A stretch of 64,000 nucleotides of DNA from an uncultured Candidatus Saccharibacteria bacterium (GTDB taxonomy: Bacteria > Patescibacteriota > Doudnabacteria > UBA920), in contig CAZHIA010000004.1 of assembly GCA_964532425.1 (NCBI GenBank), positions 83,740 to 147,739 on the forward strand, read 5' to 3'. How positions within the stretch are numbered: the stretch's first letter is position 1; every line of letters starts with the position of its first letter. Shown here piece by piece: positions 1 to 9,000 of this stretch. A program made the position numbers and the translations under genes. The notes under the pieces are model-generated. The model was not told where the DNA came from. It was given only the letters and a program-made list of their open reading frames with translations, and did not search any database.

Positions 1-264
1 GGTAACATTGGTAAAACTGTTGAATGTAATAGCAACGGTTTGTCCGGACGTAATCCCAGTGGGCGTAGTGAATTTAACCACATGAGTGGCGGAAACGCTG
101 GGGGCGGAGGTTGAAAGCGTATCCGATACACTGGTCAAGTTCGATGCCTCGGCAGCTGTCCAGCCAAACATGCCCGTACCGGCAAGTAAGATCGTGATGA
201 TGGCTAGGCTGAATCTTCTGCCAAACCAGGCATATACCGCGTGCCGTTCTGCTTTTTGTTTCAT
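1..264 (-). CDS. Secreted WxL-like surface protein, 5' part (runs off the window)
   Basis: Not in the ORF track. Manual translation from ATG at 264: MKQKAERHAVYAWFGRRFSLAIITILLAGTGMFGWTAAEA-SNLTSVSDTLSTSAPSVSATHVVKFTTPTGITSGQTVAITF..., a signal peptide plus Thr/Ser-rich beta domain, open to base 1. Confidence 0.75.
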   Translation of the reverse strand, partial: MKQKAERHAVYAWFGRRFSLAIITILLAGTGMFGWTAAEASNLTSVSDTLSTSAPSVSATHVVKFTTPTGITSGQTVAITFNSFTNVT

Positions 265-376
265 AAAATTAACTATTTACTCTTATTTTTGAGGTTTTTT
301 CGTTATTACAAAGCTCACATTCCTTATGAAGATATTATATCATACACCAGAGCAAAAACAACAATTTTGGCAAGGG

Positions 377-1687
377 CTACTCACCGGCGCCCTCATCGAG
401 AACTTGCACGGTCCCGTCGTTTTTATGGACCGTAATTTGGTAACTCCGGCTGGATTGTAAAGCCGCGCTTAAATAAAACCCCAATATTATCAAGCCTGCC
501 AGCAACAAACCCAAACCTGCCAATAATAAACCATGCTTTTCGAACACTGCTTTCCATCCTTGCGGCTTGGCTAAAAATTTACTCTGTACAGTCGATGGCG
601 AGCTATCCACAGGCATTTCGCTCAGCGTGGCATTGGCCGGCCGCTTTCCCCTAGATTTTAGCGGTGCCGTCACCGTTTCAGCAGTGACCGTCTGAAGCGG
701 TACTCGCTCTGCGAGTATGGCAGTCTCCGCCCGCAATGCCCTGCGAATATAGGCCTTAATACCCCAAACCACGAGACCGGCAAGCAGTAGGAACAACCCC
801 AAAGTCGCAGCCAGCGGTTTTACCGGTATCACCCAAAAATATGCGGTATACGTGACATTCTGTCTGGCTTGCTGTCCAAAGGACAGCGTAGCAACGGCTT
901 TGTATTTACCCGCATCGAATACGTTTGACTCCCCTTGCCAGTCAAACACGAATTTTCTGACGGTCTGAGGAAGTACATATCCGAATGCGGTCTTTTGATT
1001 GACCGAGATCTTGCCGCGCTGCTTGCCCCACATGTTGTAAATGTTAATTTCCCCCTGCGGCTGGATATGGACATTTCCGGAATTCTCGAAACGCAAGACA
1101 AATTGCGCCGCCGGGGTCTGATAAAGCTGGCGCGCGGTCATAAACTCCCGAATATCTCCCGCTTCGACAACATTCCCATTGACCCGGAGAAAAAACAGAC
1201 TTGAAATATAACTTGAGACCGTAATATTTGAATCCGGAACCTGCGTGGTCTGCGGCTGGTTGCCGATCAAAATGGCTGCATAATGCCCGCCGGGCTGTGC
1301 ATCAGCCGGCACGTGTACGGAAAACGGCACGTCCTTGCTTTGCTGCGGATCAAGCTTAATCGGTGTCTGCTGGACATCAATCCAGCCTGCCAGATCATCA
1401 ACCACGCCATTGCCGGCCACTGGCTCGAGCTGGCCGCGCCCTTCTTCCCCGACCGGGGCAAAATTCATGACCGTAGCATACAGCGTAAGCGGATAGGTAT
1501 TGGGGTTGACCACCTTTATACTGCTGCTCCACTGTTCACCCGGATTCAAACCCAACTGGAAATAGGGTGGCACCACGGTAAAACCAAGCTGGTTGCGCTG
1601 GGAGGTTTGAGCCAGGACTGACCCGTGTGGCAAAAACAGCAGCACGGTCGCACAGAGCAGCAAAATTTTATATAGGCATTTCTTCAT
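377..1687 (-). CDS. DUF916/DUF3324-like (WxL-interacting-type) membrane-anchored surface protein
   Basis: Signal peptide; VVPPYFQL..PG..IKVVN, LAGWI, VPFSVHVPADAQPGGHYAAI, FENSGNVHIQPQGEINIYN motifs; FWVIP followed by a TM helix and a second TM near the C-terminus. Confidence 0.75.
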   Translation of the reverse strand: MKKCLYKILLLCATVLLFLPHGSVLAQTSQRNQLGFTVVPPYFQLGLNPGEQWSSSIKVVNPNTYPLTLYATVMNFAPVGEEGRGQLEPVAGNGVVDDLAGWIDVQQTPIKLDPQQSKDVPFSVHVPADAQPGGHYAAILIGNQPQTTQVPDSNITVSSYISSLFFLRVNGNVVEAGDIREFMTARQLYQTPAAQFVLRFENSGNVHIQPQGEINIYNMWGKQRGKISVNQKTAFGYVLPQTVRKFVFDWQGESNVFDAGKYKAVATLSFGQQARQNVTYTAYFWVIPVKPLAATLGLFLLLAGLVVWGIKAYIRRALRAETAILAERVPLQTVTAETVTAPLKSRGKRPANATLSEMPVDSSPSTVQSKFLAKPQGWKAVFEKHGLLLAGLGLLLAGLIILGFYLSAALQSSRSYQITVHKNDGTVQVLDEGAGE

Positions 1688-2732
1688 TGTTTTGTTTGGT
1701 ACGCGTTATTTTCTTTCGTGGCCGCAATACACCTTTTGCACGCGATGTTCTAGGCTTGGGTGACTGCTTCGCGGCCAGGGCTTTGTTTTCCTGTTCCAGC
1801 CGTTCGGCATACGCCGCAAGTTCCTGCCAGGCAGTGGCTCGCCGCTGTTGGCCCCTATACATGATGTACAGCAAAATGAATAAAATTGCAAAACCGACCA
1901 AAAAGAGTGCAGTCACAACTTGCCAGGGCAGCAGCCAAAAATATGTCGAATCAAGCAAGTTCAAATGACTTGTCACACCGTACTCCAACCCAAGTTTCGC
2001 CTTGAGACGGCCTGTTTGCAAGGGTGCGGTCCAGGAATTATAGATGACAAGCGTCTTGCCCGGTTCGATGGTTTTTCCGTCAGAGTTGACTTTGACCGCC
2101 CCAACTTCTTTGCCGCCGCTGTCGTACATTACAATTTCGCCCTGGGGCGCGAGCGGCTGGTCGCCGATATTTTCAATGACTGTTTCGAAGCGCTGCGTGC
2201 GGTTGCTCACCACCGAATGCACCGGCTTGAATGAATTCAATTGCAGCCGCTCGTTTTTCCGGGCCTGAACGGTAAAATTGACCGACACGCTCGCTGCCTG
2301 CTCCATATGTGCCGCCGCTTCATCGCGGGTTGTCCCGTCCACCAGAGAAATACGGGCGTGGTAACTACCAGGTACGGCTACCGGAGGCACATCGATCGAA
2401 AATTCAACCTTCTGCTGCTGCCCGGGCTTGATATTCAACACTGCCCGGGATATCGTGATCCAGTTGGCGAGCGAACCGCTCAAATCCGCTTCGCCCGGCG
2501 CCATAAAGTTGGTCCCGCCGTTCTGCGGCGAAACATTATTCACGAAGGTATAGAGCGTCTGCATCCGGGAGCTGGAATTCTCTAGTATAAAGGACGCGGG
2601 CACCGTATCTCGCGGCTGGCCTTCGGCATCAATAATGAGCGGCGAGACGCTCAAATCACTTGCCCGCACAAACTGAGGCAGACAAATAGTTATTAAAAAA
2701 ATGAGTATGGCTCTATGGACTATTTTTTTCAT
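1668..2732 (-). CDS. DUF916/DUF3324-like membrane-anchored surface protein (paralog)
   Basis: Signal peptide; LSVSPLII, LANWI, VEFSIDVPPVAVPGSYHA, IENIGDQPLAPQGEI; FWLLPW + TM + basic tail; overlaps the next gene by 20 nt. Confidence 0.75.
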   Translation of the reverse strand: MKKIVHRAILIFLITICLPQFVRASDLSVSPLIIDAEGQPRDTVPASFILENSSSRMQTLYTFVNNVSPQNGGTNFMAPGEADLSGSLANWITISRAVLNIKPGQQQKVEFSIDVPPVAVPGSYHARISLVDGTTRDEAAAHMEQAASVSVNFTVQARKNERLQLNSFKPVHSVVSNRTQRFETVIENIGDQPLAPQGEIVMYDSGGKEVGAVKVNSDGKTIEPGKTLVIYNSWTAPLQTGRLKAKLGLEYGVTSHLNLLDSTYFWLLPWQVVTALFLVGFAILFILLYIMYRGQQRRATAWQELAAYAERLEQENKALAAKQSPKPRTSRAKGVLRPRKKITRTKQNNEEMPI

Positions 2733-2753
2733 GCGCTTGTTTCTGTTTGTGTT

Positions 2754-2809
2754 TCCTCTTCGCTATTTACTCTTTACTATTAACTAAGCACTATTCGCTC
2801 TTCGCTCTC
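2754..2809. repeat. Degenerate 7-nt tandem repeat
   Basis: cgctatt tactctt tactatt aactaag cactatt cgctctt cgctctc. Confidence 0.65.
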
Positions 2810-2811
2810 TA

Positions 2812-4179
2812 TTAAAACACCGGCACTACAATATAGACGATCGATCCGCTGTACTGTCCGGCAGGCTGCTGGTTGGTGACTTGGGTTTTCACGACTATAT
2901 CGGTTGACTGATTCGTGACCGGACCGGAACTGTATGCGATCTCGCCGGCAACGGAATCAAACTTCGCGTATGAGTCATTAACCGCAAAGCGCGTCGAGCC
3001 CCCAGCCAGGGCTGCGGCTGTCGTGTGGTAGCCATAGGCTCCTGTTGCCCCGTTTGGAATAGCAAACGTTGCAGGAGCGGTATTCGTACCAGGAACCGGT
3101 GCAATACTGGAAGGCCCGGTCAGCCCCTGCTGCTGCAATACGAAAACCTGGTAACCCTGGGTTGCGGATGTGCTCACAGTCAGGCGCTGGGCCGCAGAAA
3201 ATGCGGTACCCAACGGCAAATGCCCGAACGGAATAGCGGTGGCTGTCGTGGTCGCATCGGTCGTAACTCCGCCTGTAGCCGTCCCCCGGTCGAGCCCGGA
3301 AATGGAAAACGTCAATGTCGCGCCAATTGTGGCTAAACTTGGGTACGACTGGGAGGCATTTGTTGCGACGGGCATACTATGCGTCACGTCGTAGACGCGG
3401 AAAAAATAAGTTGTATTTTGCGCAGCTCCGGAATCCTTCACCGTAAATTCGAATTCGGTTGCCGCATTCTTCAGCTGGGTAAATGTCGAAGCCGTGGTTG
3501 AGGACGAGTTGTGCGTACCGCACCCCTGCCCGGTTGAACTGCTGCACGCATCGGCATCGCTGAGGGTTTTTGTGGTAATCACCGCATTATCCGCTCCCGC
3601 ACCCTGGGCATAACACCAGACCGAAGTTGAAATGCACGTGCTGGTCCCGACCACGTCGGATACGATGGCAAAATCGGAAGTCTGCGAATACTGGAGTTTG
3701 TATTTAATTTTGGAATCTCCCGCATTACCGGTTTCTTTTATGGTCACGCGCAATTTGAGTGAATCGCCGTTATTAACAGCGCTCGGCGCAACGTTTTCCG
3801 CAGCCAGGCCGGTAACCGGCGTCTCATTACTGATATCACTATACCACCGCCACTTCTGGCTGCGGGGCGTAAACGTGTCAAAATATAAAAATCCTGTTTT
3901 GACCGTAAAATTAGTACTGGTCGATTCTCCGTTCGTTGTCTGCCCAACGGCATTGATCTGCTGGAAGCTGCTGGACGTGGAAAAGCCTCCGCTATCGCTC
4001 GTAATAGGATCACGAGAATCGAAATGCGCACTGTTGTAATCAGTCGCTACTGCCGGCACACTGTTGAACAGTAACAACAACACGCCAAAAACAGGCAGCA
4101 CGTACCAAAACATGCGCCTGCTTATAACCTGATACTTCTTGGTTTTGACAGGCAACGGTTGATTTCGTAAGATCCGCAT
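2812..4179 (-). CDS. Secreted protein with C-terminal WxL/pilin-like beta domain
   Basis: Signal peptide; Cys pairs in the middle domain; C-terminal LTFSISG..IPFGHL..QRLTVSTSATQGY..QPAGQYSGSIVYIVVPVF. Confidence 0.65.
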   Translation of the reverse strand: MRILRNQPLPVKTKKYQVISRRMFWYVLPVFGVLLLLFNSVPAVATDYNSAHFDSRDPITSDSGGFSTSSSFQQINAVGQTTNGESTSTNFTVKTGFLYFDTFTPRSQKWRWYSDISNETPVTGLAAENVAPSAVNNGDSLKLRVTIKETGNAGDSKIKYKLQYSQTSDFAIVSDVVGTSTCISTSVWCYAQGAGADNAVITTKTLSDADACSSSTGQGCGTHNSSSTTASTFTQLKNAATEFEFTVKDSGAAQNTTYFFRVYDVTHSMPVATNASQSYPSLATIGATLTFSISGLDRGTATGGVTTDATTTATAIPFGHLPLGTAFSAAQRLTVSTSATQGYQVFVLQQQGLTGPSSIAPVPGTNTAPATFAIPNGATGAYGYHTTAAALAGGSTRFAVNDSYAKFDSVAGEIAYSSGPVTNQSTDIVVKTQVTNQQPAGQYSGSIVYIVVPVF

Positions 4180-4204
4180 AAAGATTCAACGAACCGACAC
4201 GAGG

Positions 4205-4819
4205 TTACGGAGTGGCTTTTGCGGAGGTTCCGCTGGTTGGCTGTTTTTTAGTCTGTTGGGCAGGTTGGCTCACACTCAATGGAGCGAGCTCGATAATCTT
4301 GTTCTCTGTCGGACGGTACAAAATGGCCTTTTTTGCGCTTGTGTAGATGAGCACCTTGTCCCCGACCTGGGCTTTGGCAAAGAACGGCTGGTCTTTCAAT
4401 TTTTCCAGATCTGTTACCGTCGCAATGGTGGGCTGTTCGTTTTCTGGCAGAACCATCAACTTGCCTACCTCTACTAAAAGCTGACTGGCTTCGGCGGTGG
4501 CATTGGTTGCATCTCCGAGCACCTGGGGATTCTGTTTTGTCTGCATCTCTGCCAATTGCCGCTGCAATTGGGCGACGCGGGCAGTCGTCTTCGCCGACTG
4601 GACGTACAGAAACCCGGCTGCAGCCATGGCCAGGACAGCCACTGCCGTGGCAGCGATGGCAGGCTTATTCAACAATTTGCGTTCCTGGGGAGCCGGCAGC
4701 GCCGCCTGCATAGTCGGCGCAGGAGCCGGATTTTCTGACACAACTGGACGCTCAAAAATCTTCCTGGTTTTTTTTACGGGCATTTTATTTCCGGAGTTAG
4801 TTGATACTTTATTATACAA
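4205..4819 (-). CDS. Conserved hypothetical single-pass membrane protein (start may be 4783)
   Basis: TM helix, coiled coil, then VGKLMVLPENEQPTIATV..QPFFAKAQVGDKVLIY..KAILYRP, a domain I recognise from CPR genomes. Confidence 0.7.
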   Translation of the reverse strand: MYNKVSTNSGNKMPVKKTRKIFERPVVSENPAPAPTMQAALPAPQERKLLNKPAIAATAVAVLAMAAAGFLYVQSAKTTARVAQLQRQLAEMQTKQNPQVLGDATNATAEASQLLVEVGKLMVLPENEQPTIATVTDLEKLKDQPFFAKAQVGDKVLIYTSAKKAILYRPTENKIIELAPLSVSQPAQQTKKQPTSGTSAKATP

Positions 4820-4879
4820 TATTTGTATTGATATACAAATACCCGGAATTTCTACACGCCCGTCTCGCCAAAACAGACC

Positions 4880-5920
4880 CTAGCGACCCTTGTATTGATT
4901 ATCGACTTCCTGGTACACGAGCTGTGATGTTTGCCTAATAAGGGCAGAGAGCGACTTCAGATCGTTCCCACGAGTCATAACGCACAGCAGATACGGATGG
5001 TCCGGGTAGTATACGATGCCGCAATCGTGCAGCTGCCGCTCATTGTTGTCTCCGATCCGCTCACCAAATTTATGTGAAATAATGACATCAGCGGGAATCC
5101 CCACCACGAGGCCGTCTTTAAATTGCGACTCTGACAAAAGCTTCAATGCCTTTTCCGAATCGGCTTTGGAAAGGTAGGATGCATTGAACAGAATTCGGAA
5201 AAAACCGGCATATGTCCGGACGCTGACTTGGGTACCATCCGAATCTGCATTCGGCAATTCGATACCGAAATCGTTATAGATCTGCTCCAGCTGCTTAATA
5301 TCGATATGGGTCAATAACAGTTGGGCCGCATCATTATCAGAATACTCGATCATCCGCCTGATCAACTCGTCTACTGTGTACGTATTGCCAATCTCCAGCC
5401 GGGACTCGGGAATAATGGTCTGTTGATTCGGAACAAGCTGTCGCAAATTCTGTTCGGTAATCGTGATGGACTCATTCAGCACTTGCGGATCAGCCTCGGA
5501 GATCTTATAGTACGCCATCATCAACGGTACCTTCAGCAAGCTGGCCGGGGTAAAACTTGCCGCTTCGTTGACCCCGAACCACGGGCCATTGTTAAGATCA
5601 CGGAAGTACACCGAAATGAAATCAATACTGTTGCTGTCACGGTTGGCTTTATCTGTAAAATCCGCGATCTTTTGTTCGAATGGCCGCAACTCGACGAATG
5701 AGTCTTCAGTCTGCTCATAGTCGAGCAACGGATTGATGAACTGGTACCCGCCGGCCCGGATCGCGCGGGCATTTCCCTCCGGCGATGCCACCACGGTCGT
5801 TTTGGGAGAACGCAGAACAAAACCCGCAATGAGCCCAGCGCAAAAAACCCCGATCAGCAACAACGCTTTCGTCATAGGCGATCTTGGATTTTGATTTTGT
5901 TCTTTGTTTCGGTCGGACAT
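4880..5920 (-). CDS. Class A beta-lactamase-like serine hydrolase, membrane anchored
   Basis: SxxK (PASLLK), SDN, HKFG (KTG equivalent), HDCGIVY; N-terminal TM; AGGAG SD. Confidence 0.85.
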   Translation of the reverse strand: MSDRNKEQNQNPRSPMTKALLLIGVFCAGLIAGFVLRSPKTTVVASPEGNARAIRAGGYQFINPLLDYEQTEDSFVELRPFEQKIADFTDKANRDSNSIDFISVYFRDLNNGPWFGVNEAASFTPASLLKVPLMMAYYKISEADPQVLNESITITEQNLRQLVPNQQTIIPESRLEIGNTYTVDELIRRMIEYSDNDAAQLLLTHIDIKQLEQIYNDFGIELPNADSDGTQVSVRTYAGFFRILFNASYLSKADSEKALKLLSESQFKDGLVVGIPADVIISHKFGERIGDNNERQLHDCGIVYYPDHPYLLCVMTRGNDLKSLSALIRQTSQLVYQEVDNQYKGR

Positions 5921-5966
5921 GTTCGCTCCTGCGAATCTTTGTAAGAAAATTATAACAGCAAAATAT

Positions 5967-5998
5967 AAAAATCACCATTAAATTCTGGTGATTTTTTT
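5967..5998. terminator. Intrinsic terminator after the giant adhesin
   Basis: aaaaatcacca-ttaaattc-tggtgattttttt. Confidence 0.7.
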
Positions 5999-6032
5999 GA
6001 TTTCCTCTTAACTATAACAAAAGTTTTCCACA

Positions 6033-9000
6033 TCACTGGCTGCTAGTGCTTGCATCGGTCGTTGTGTCGATAGCCGGAGCGGGCGGAGTGGCAGTTGCCG
6101 GCGCATCGGTCGATGACTGACTTGGTGTGGACACCGCTGATGTCTGGGCCGTAGTGGTGTCCGTTGCCGGATTATCAGTCGTGCTCGGTATAATCACTGC
6201 GTTAGTGCTGGTACCAGCGACTGTGCCGGTTGTGTCTTGAGTGGAGCTGGCTATTGCGCCGGTAACCGCCTGCTGCTCGGGAGACGGGTTAACCGCGGTC
6301 GAGCTGGCGACCTGGGAATTTTCTTCCACCGGGCTTGTGACTACCGCGCTTCCCGCTGCCTGCTGAACCGGACTGATGGAGCTGAACGTTTTTGCGCTGC
6401 GGACCGCGAGGGCAATCCAGCTGAACGGAACATCCATTGGTGCGGGCTTATTCAATATTATAGAGAAGCCCTGTTCGCTCTTATTGGTAATGATGAAGCT
6501 GATATTCTGGGCAAAGATATTTTCCGCAAATTGACTGTCCGCTTCCGCGGTTGTCGTGGCGTTTAACGCTATGGTCGCATTCACGATCGGTTGCTCCACA
6601 TACGGCCGATCAAACGTAATGGCTACGCCCTTCTGCCCGCGGCCAATGACCGCAAAACCAGCGGTATCGGTCGTAAAGTACGGCGTTCCGACGAAATAGA
6701 CGTCGCCGTTCATACTAATACCGCCATTACCGAGCGGGGCAACCGTATTGACCGTGATGCCATTCTCAAAAGTTACCGGACCGGAGAACGCCAAACCCGA
6801 GGAGGCTGCACGGGCTAAGGTTTTCAGGTCAATGCCGGCAACCACATCCGAAGTGGTAGTCAGGTTCCGTTGCAAACCTTGGAGCAGCGTTTGCATACTA
6901 CCCATGTTTTGTTGCAACCCAAGAATAGCCGCTTGCGAGGTAGAAGCAGCGTCCTGCAGGAACGAAAGCCCTTGTTCAAGCCGGTCCAGCTGGGCGCTCT
7001 GCAAAGAGCCGACTGACAAGCTGGCAAACGTTCCGCTGGCTGCGGAAATGCCGCCCGCGAGCCAGGCGTTGCCCACGGAATCGACTCGCATGCCGGGTGC
7101 CGCACCATTCATGCCGATAGAGAAACTGCCGCCGCTCGGAAGCAGCACGGAAAGTGTGCTCGTGCCTGCCGGGGCAATCGCATCAATATTCAAGTCCCGA
7201 GAAGTAATCTTTGGCGTGATCAATTCCACGCCCCCGATCAGCCGATCGGTAAAGACTTCGGAAACATCCTCACCCTGACCTTCCGCACTGCGGCTGAGCA
7301 GATGCTCAAGCACGCGAAGCGAAAAGTTCGTGGTTGTGGCAAATTCCTGGACACCGTTTGTCATGGTCGCATCCATCGTTAGTCCCGACAACTCCTCTTC
7401 GATGCTGCGCCCGTTGAAATATGAGACATTCACGTACATGGAAACTTTGCCATTTGGAACCTCTTCCAAATAATCCGAAAGCGCTTGCCCGATGGCCTGG
7501 CCGGCTTTGACCGCTTTAACGGCTACGCCGGGCTGTTGCGGGTGCACCATAAGGTAATCACCGGCATGAATCGGACCATTGTCGAGCGAGGCCCGTACCG
7601 GCACGCGCCCGGCTAAGGCGATCGGAACAACATGCTGCTGCCCGCTGATATCGTCACTGGCAGACAGGCGGAAACCCGGACGCTCGGAGACAACACCGAC
7701 AAGCGACCCTTTGCGATGGGCACGCCTGACAAAATCGCCGCCAGTATCACTGTCCACTTCAACAATCTCACCGGCGGACAGCGTCTCGTCGGTGGTAGGA
7801 TAATCTTCAGCATAGTCGTACGCATTGGTGCTTAGCATCATGGCATGGGTCACGAGCAGCGTGCCCATGCGGCCGTTATTATCCGCCACTTGGGTGCCGC
7901 CATCGAACTTTATGCCTGCCATATTGCCGTTGCCGGAATCAAAACGCAAAACATACGAGTTCATGGAATTCTTGGTCCACTTATACAAAACGCCTGCTCC
8001 CGGCTCACTCGTGCCCATATACAAATCACCGTTGAACTCGATCATCGAATCCACCGCATCAACACTCGTTTGGCTACCGAACGTACCGCGGGTGTTCTGC
8101 ATTAAGGTCCAAGCCGTGCTGGTCGCCGAGCTCTGGGCATATTCATACAAACCGGCGGTCTGCTCGGCGCTCGTCGTCTGCGTCCCGGCATACAGCGTAC
8201 CATTGTACGAACGCAAAATCACGCTGTCGATGTTCACTGCATCAGTGTTGTTCAACTGGCCGCGGGCGTTCGCCATTCTGACGAACTGAGTGGCCGAGCC
8301 GGCAGTGACGCTGTTGCTGATGCCAAAGCGGTAAATAGAAGCCAGGTTACTGGTCGCGGTACCCACAAACAAATTACCGGCAAATACAGCCATAGAAGCG
8401 ATCTCGTTTCCCGCGTCCGGCCCGAGCGTGCCGCCGCCAACCGCAGTAATCAAAGTCCAGGTCGTACCGTTCCCTTCATAGACTCCAATCGAACCTTGTC
8501 CGGTACCGGTCTGGGTGCCAGCCCAAAGACGGTTATTATAGACGACAAACACAGCACTATCTGAAACCACGTTAGTTTCAGCCGCGATTTTTCCGATGGT
8601 CGGATTCACTCTCGCAAACGTGGCAGCGCCCGTACCCCCGTTATACCGATCGACTTCCATGGCATTGGTTTTTTGCGTCGCCACAAAGAGCATCCCATTA
8701 AAGACCGCCATATCGGAAATACCGTCGGTCGTCGCACTGACAATCGTACCACGGGCGGAGTTAACCATGACCCAGTTTGCGGTCGTGTTATTGGCCGTAT
8801 CGACGTTCGATGCCATATAGACAGCACCAAGGCCAGTTCCAGTGCCTGTTTGCGAACCTATGAACAACTTGCCATTATAAATGCTCATAGCATACCCGTC
8901 GATGACCGTACTCGCATCGGTCGAGGTAGCCTTGCCAGCCGCGTTGGTAACCATGGTCCAGGTATTGCCGGAATCCAGGCGGTAGACTGCTGCCCCATCG

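Noticed and set aside
4880-5920. Bona fide antibiotic-resistance beta-lactamase
   Set aside because: Membrane anchored, HKFG variant, and no clear omega-loop ExxLN; activity cannot be inferred
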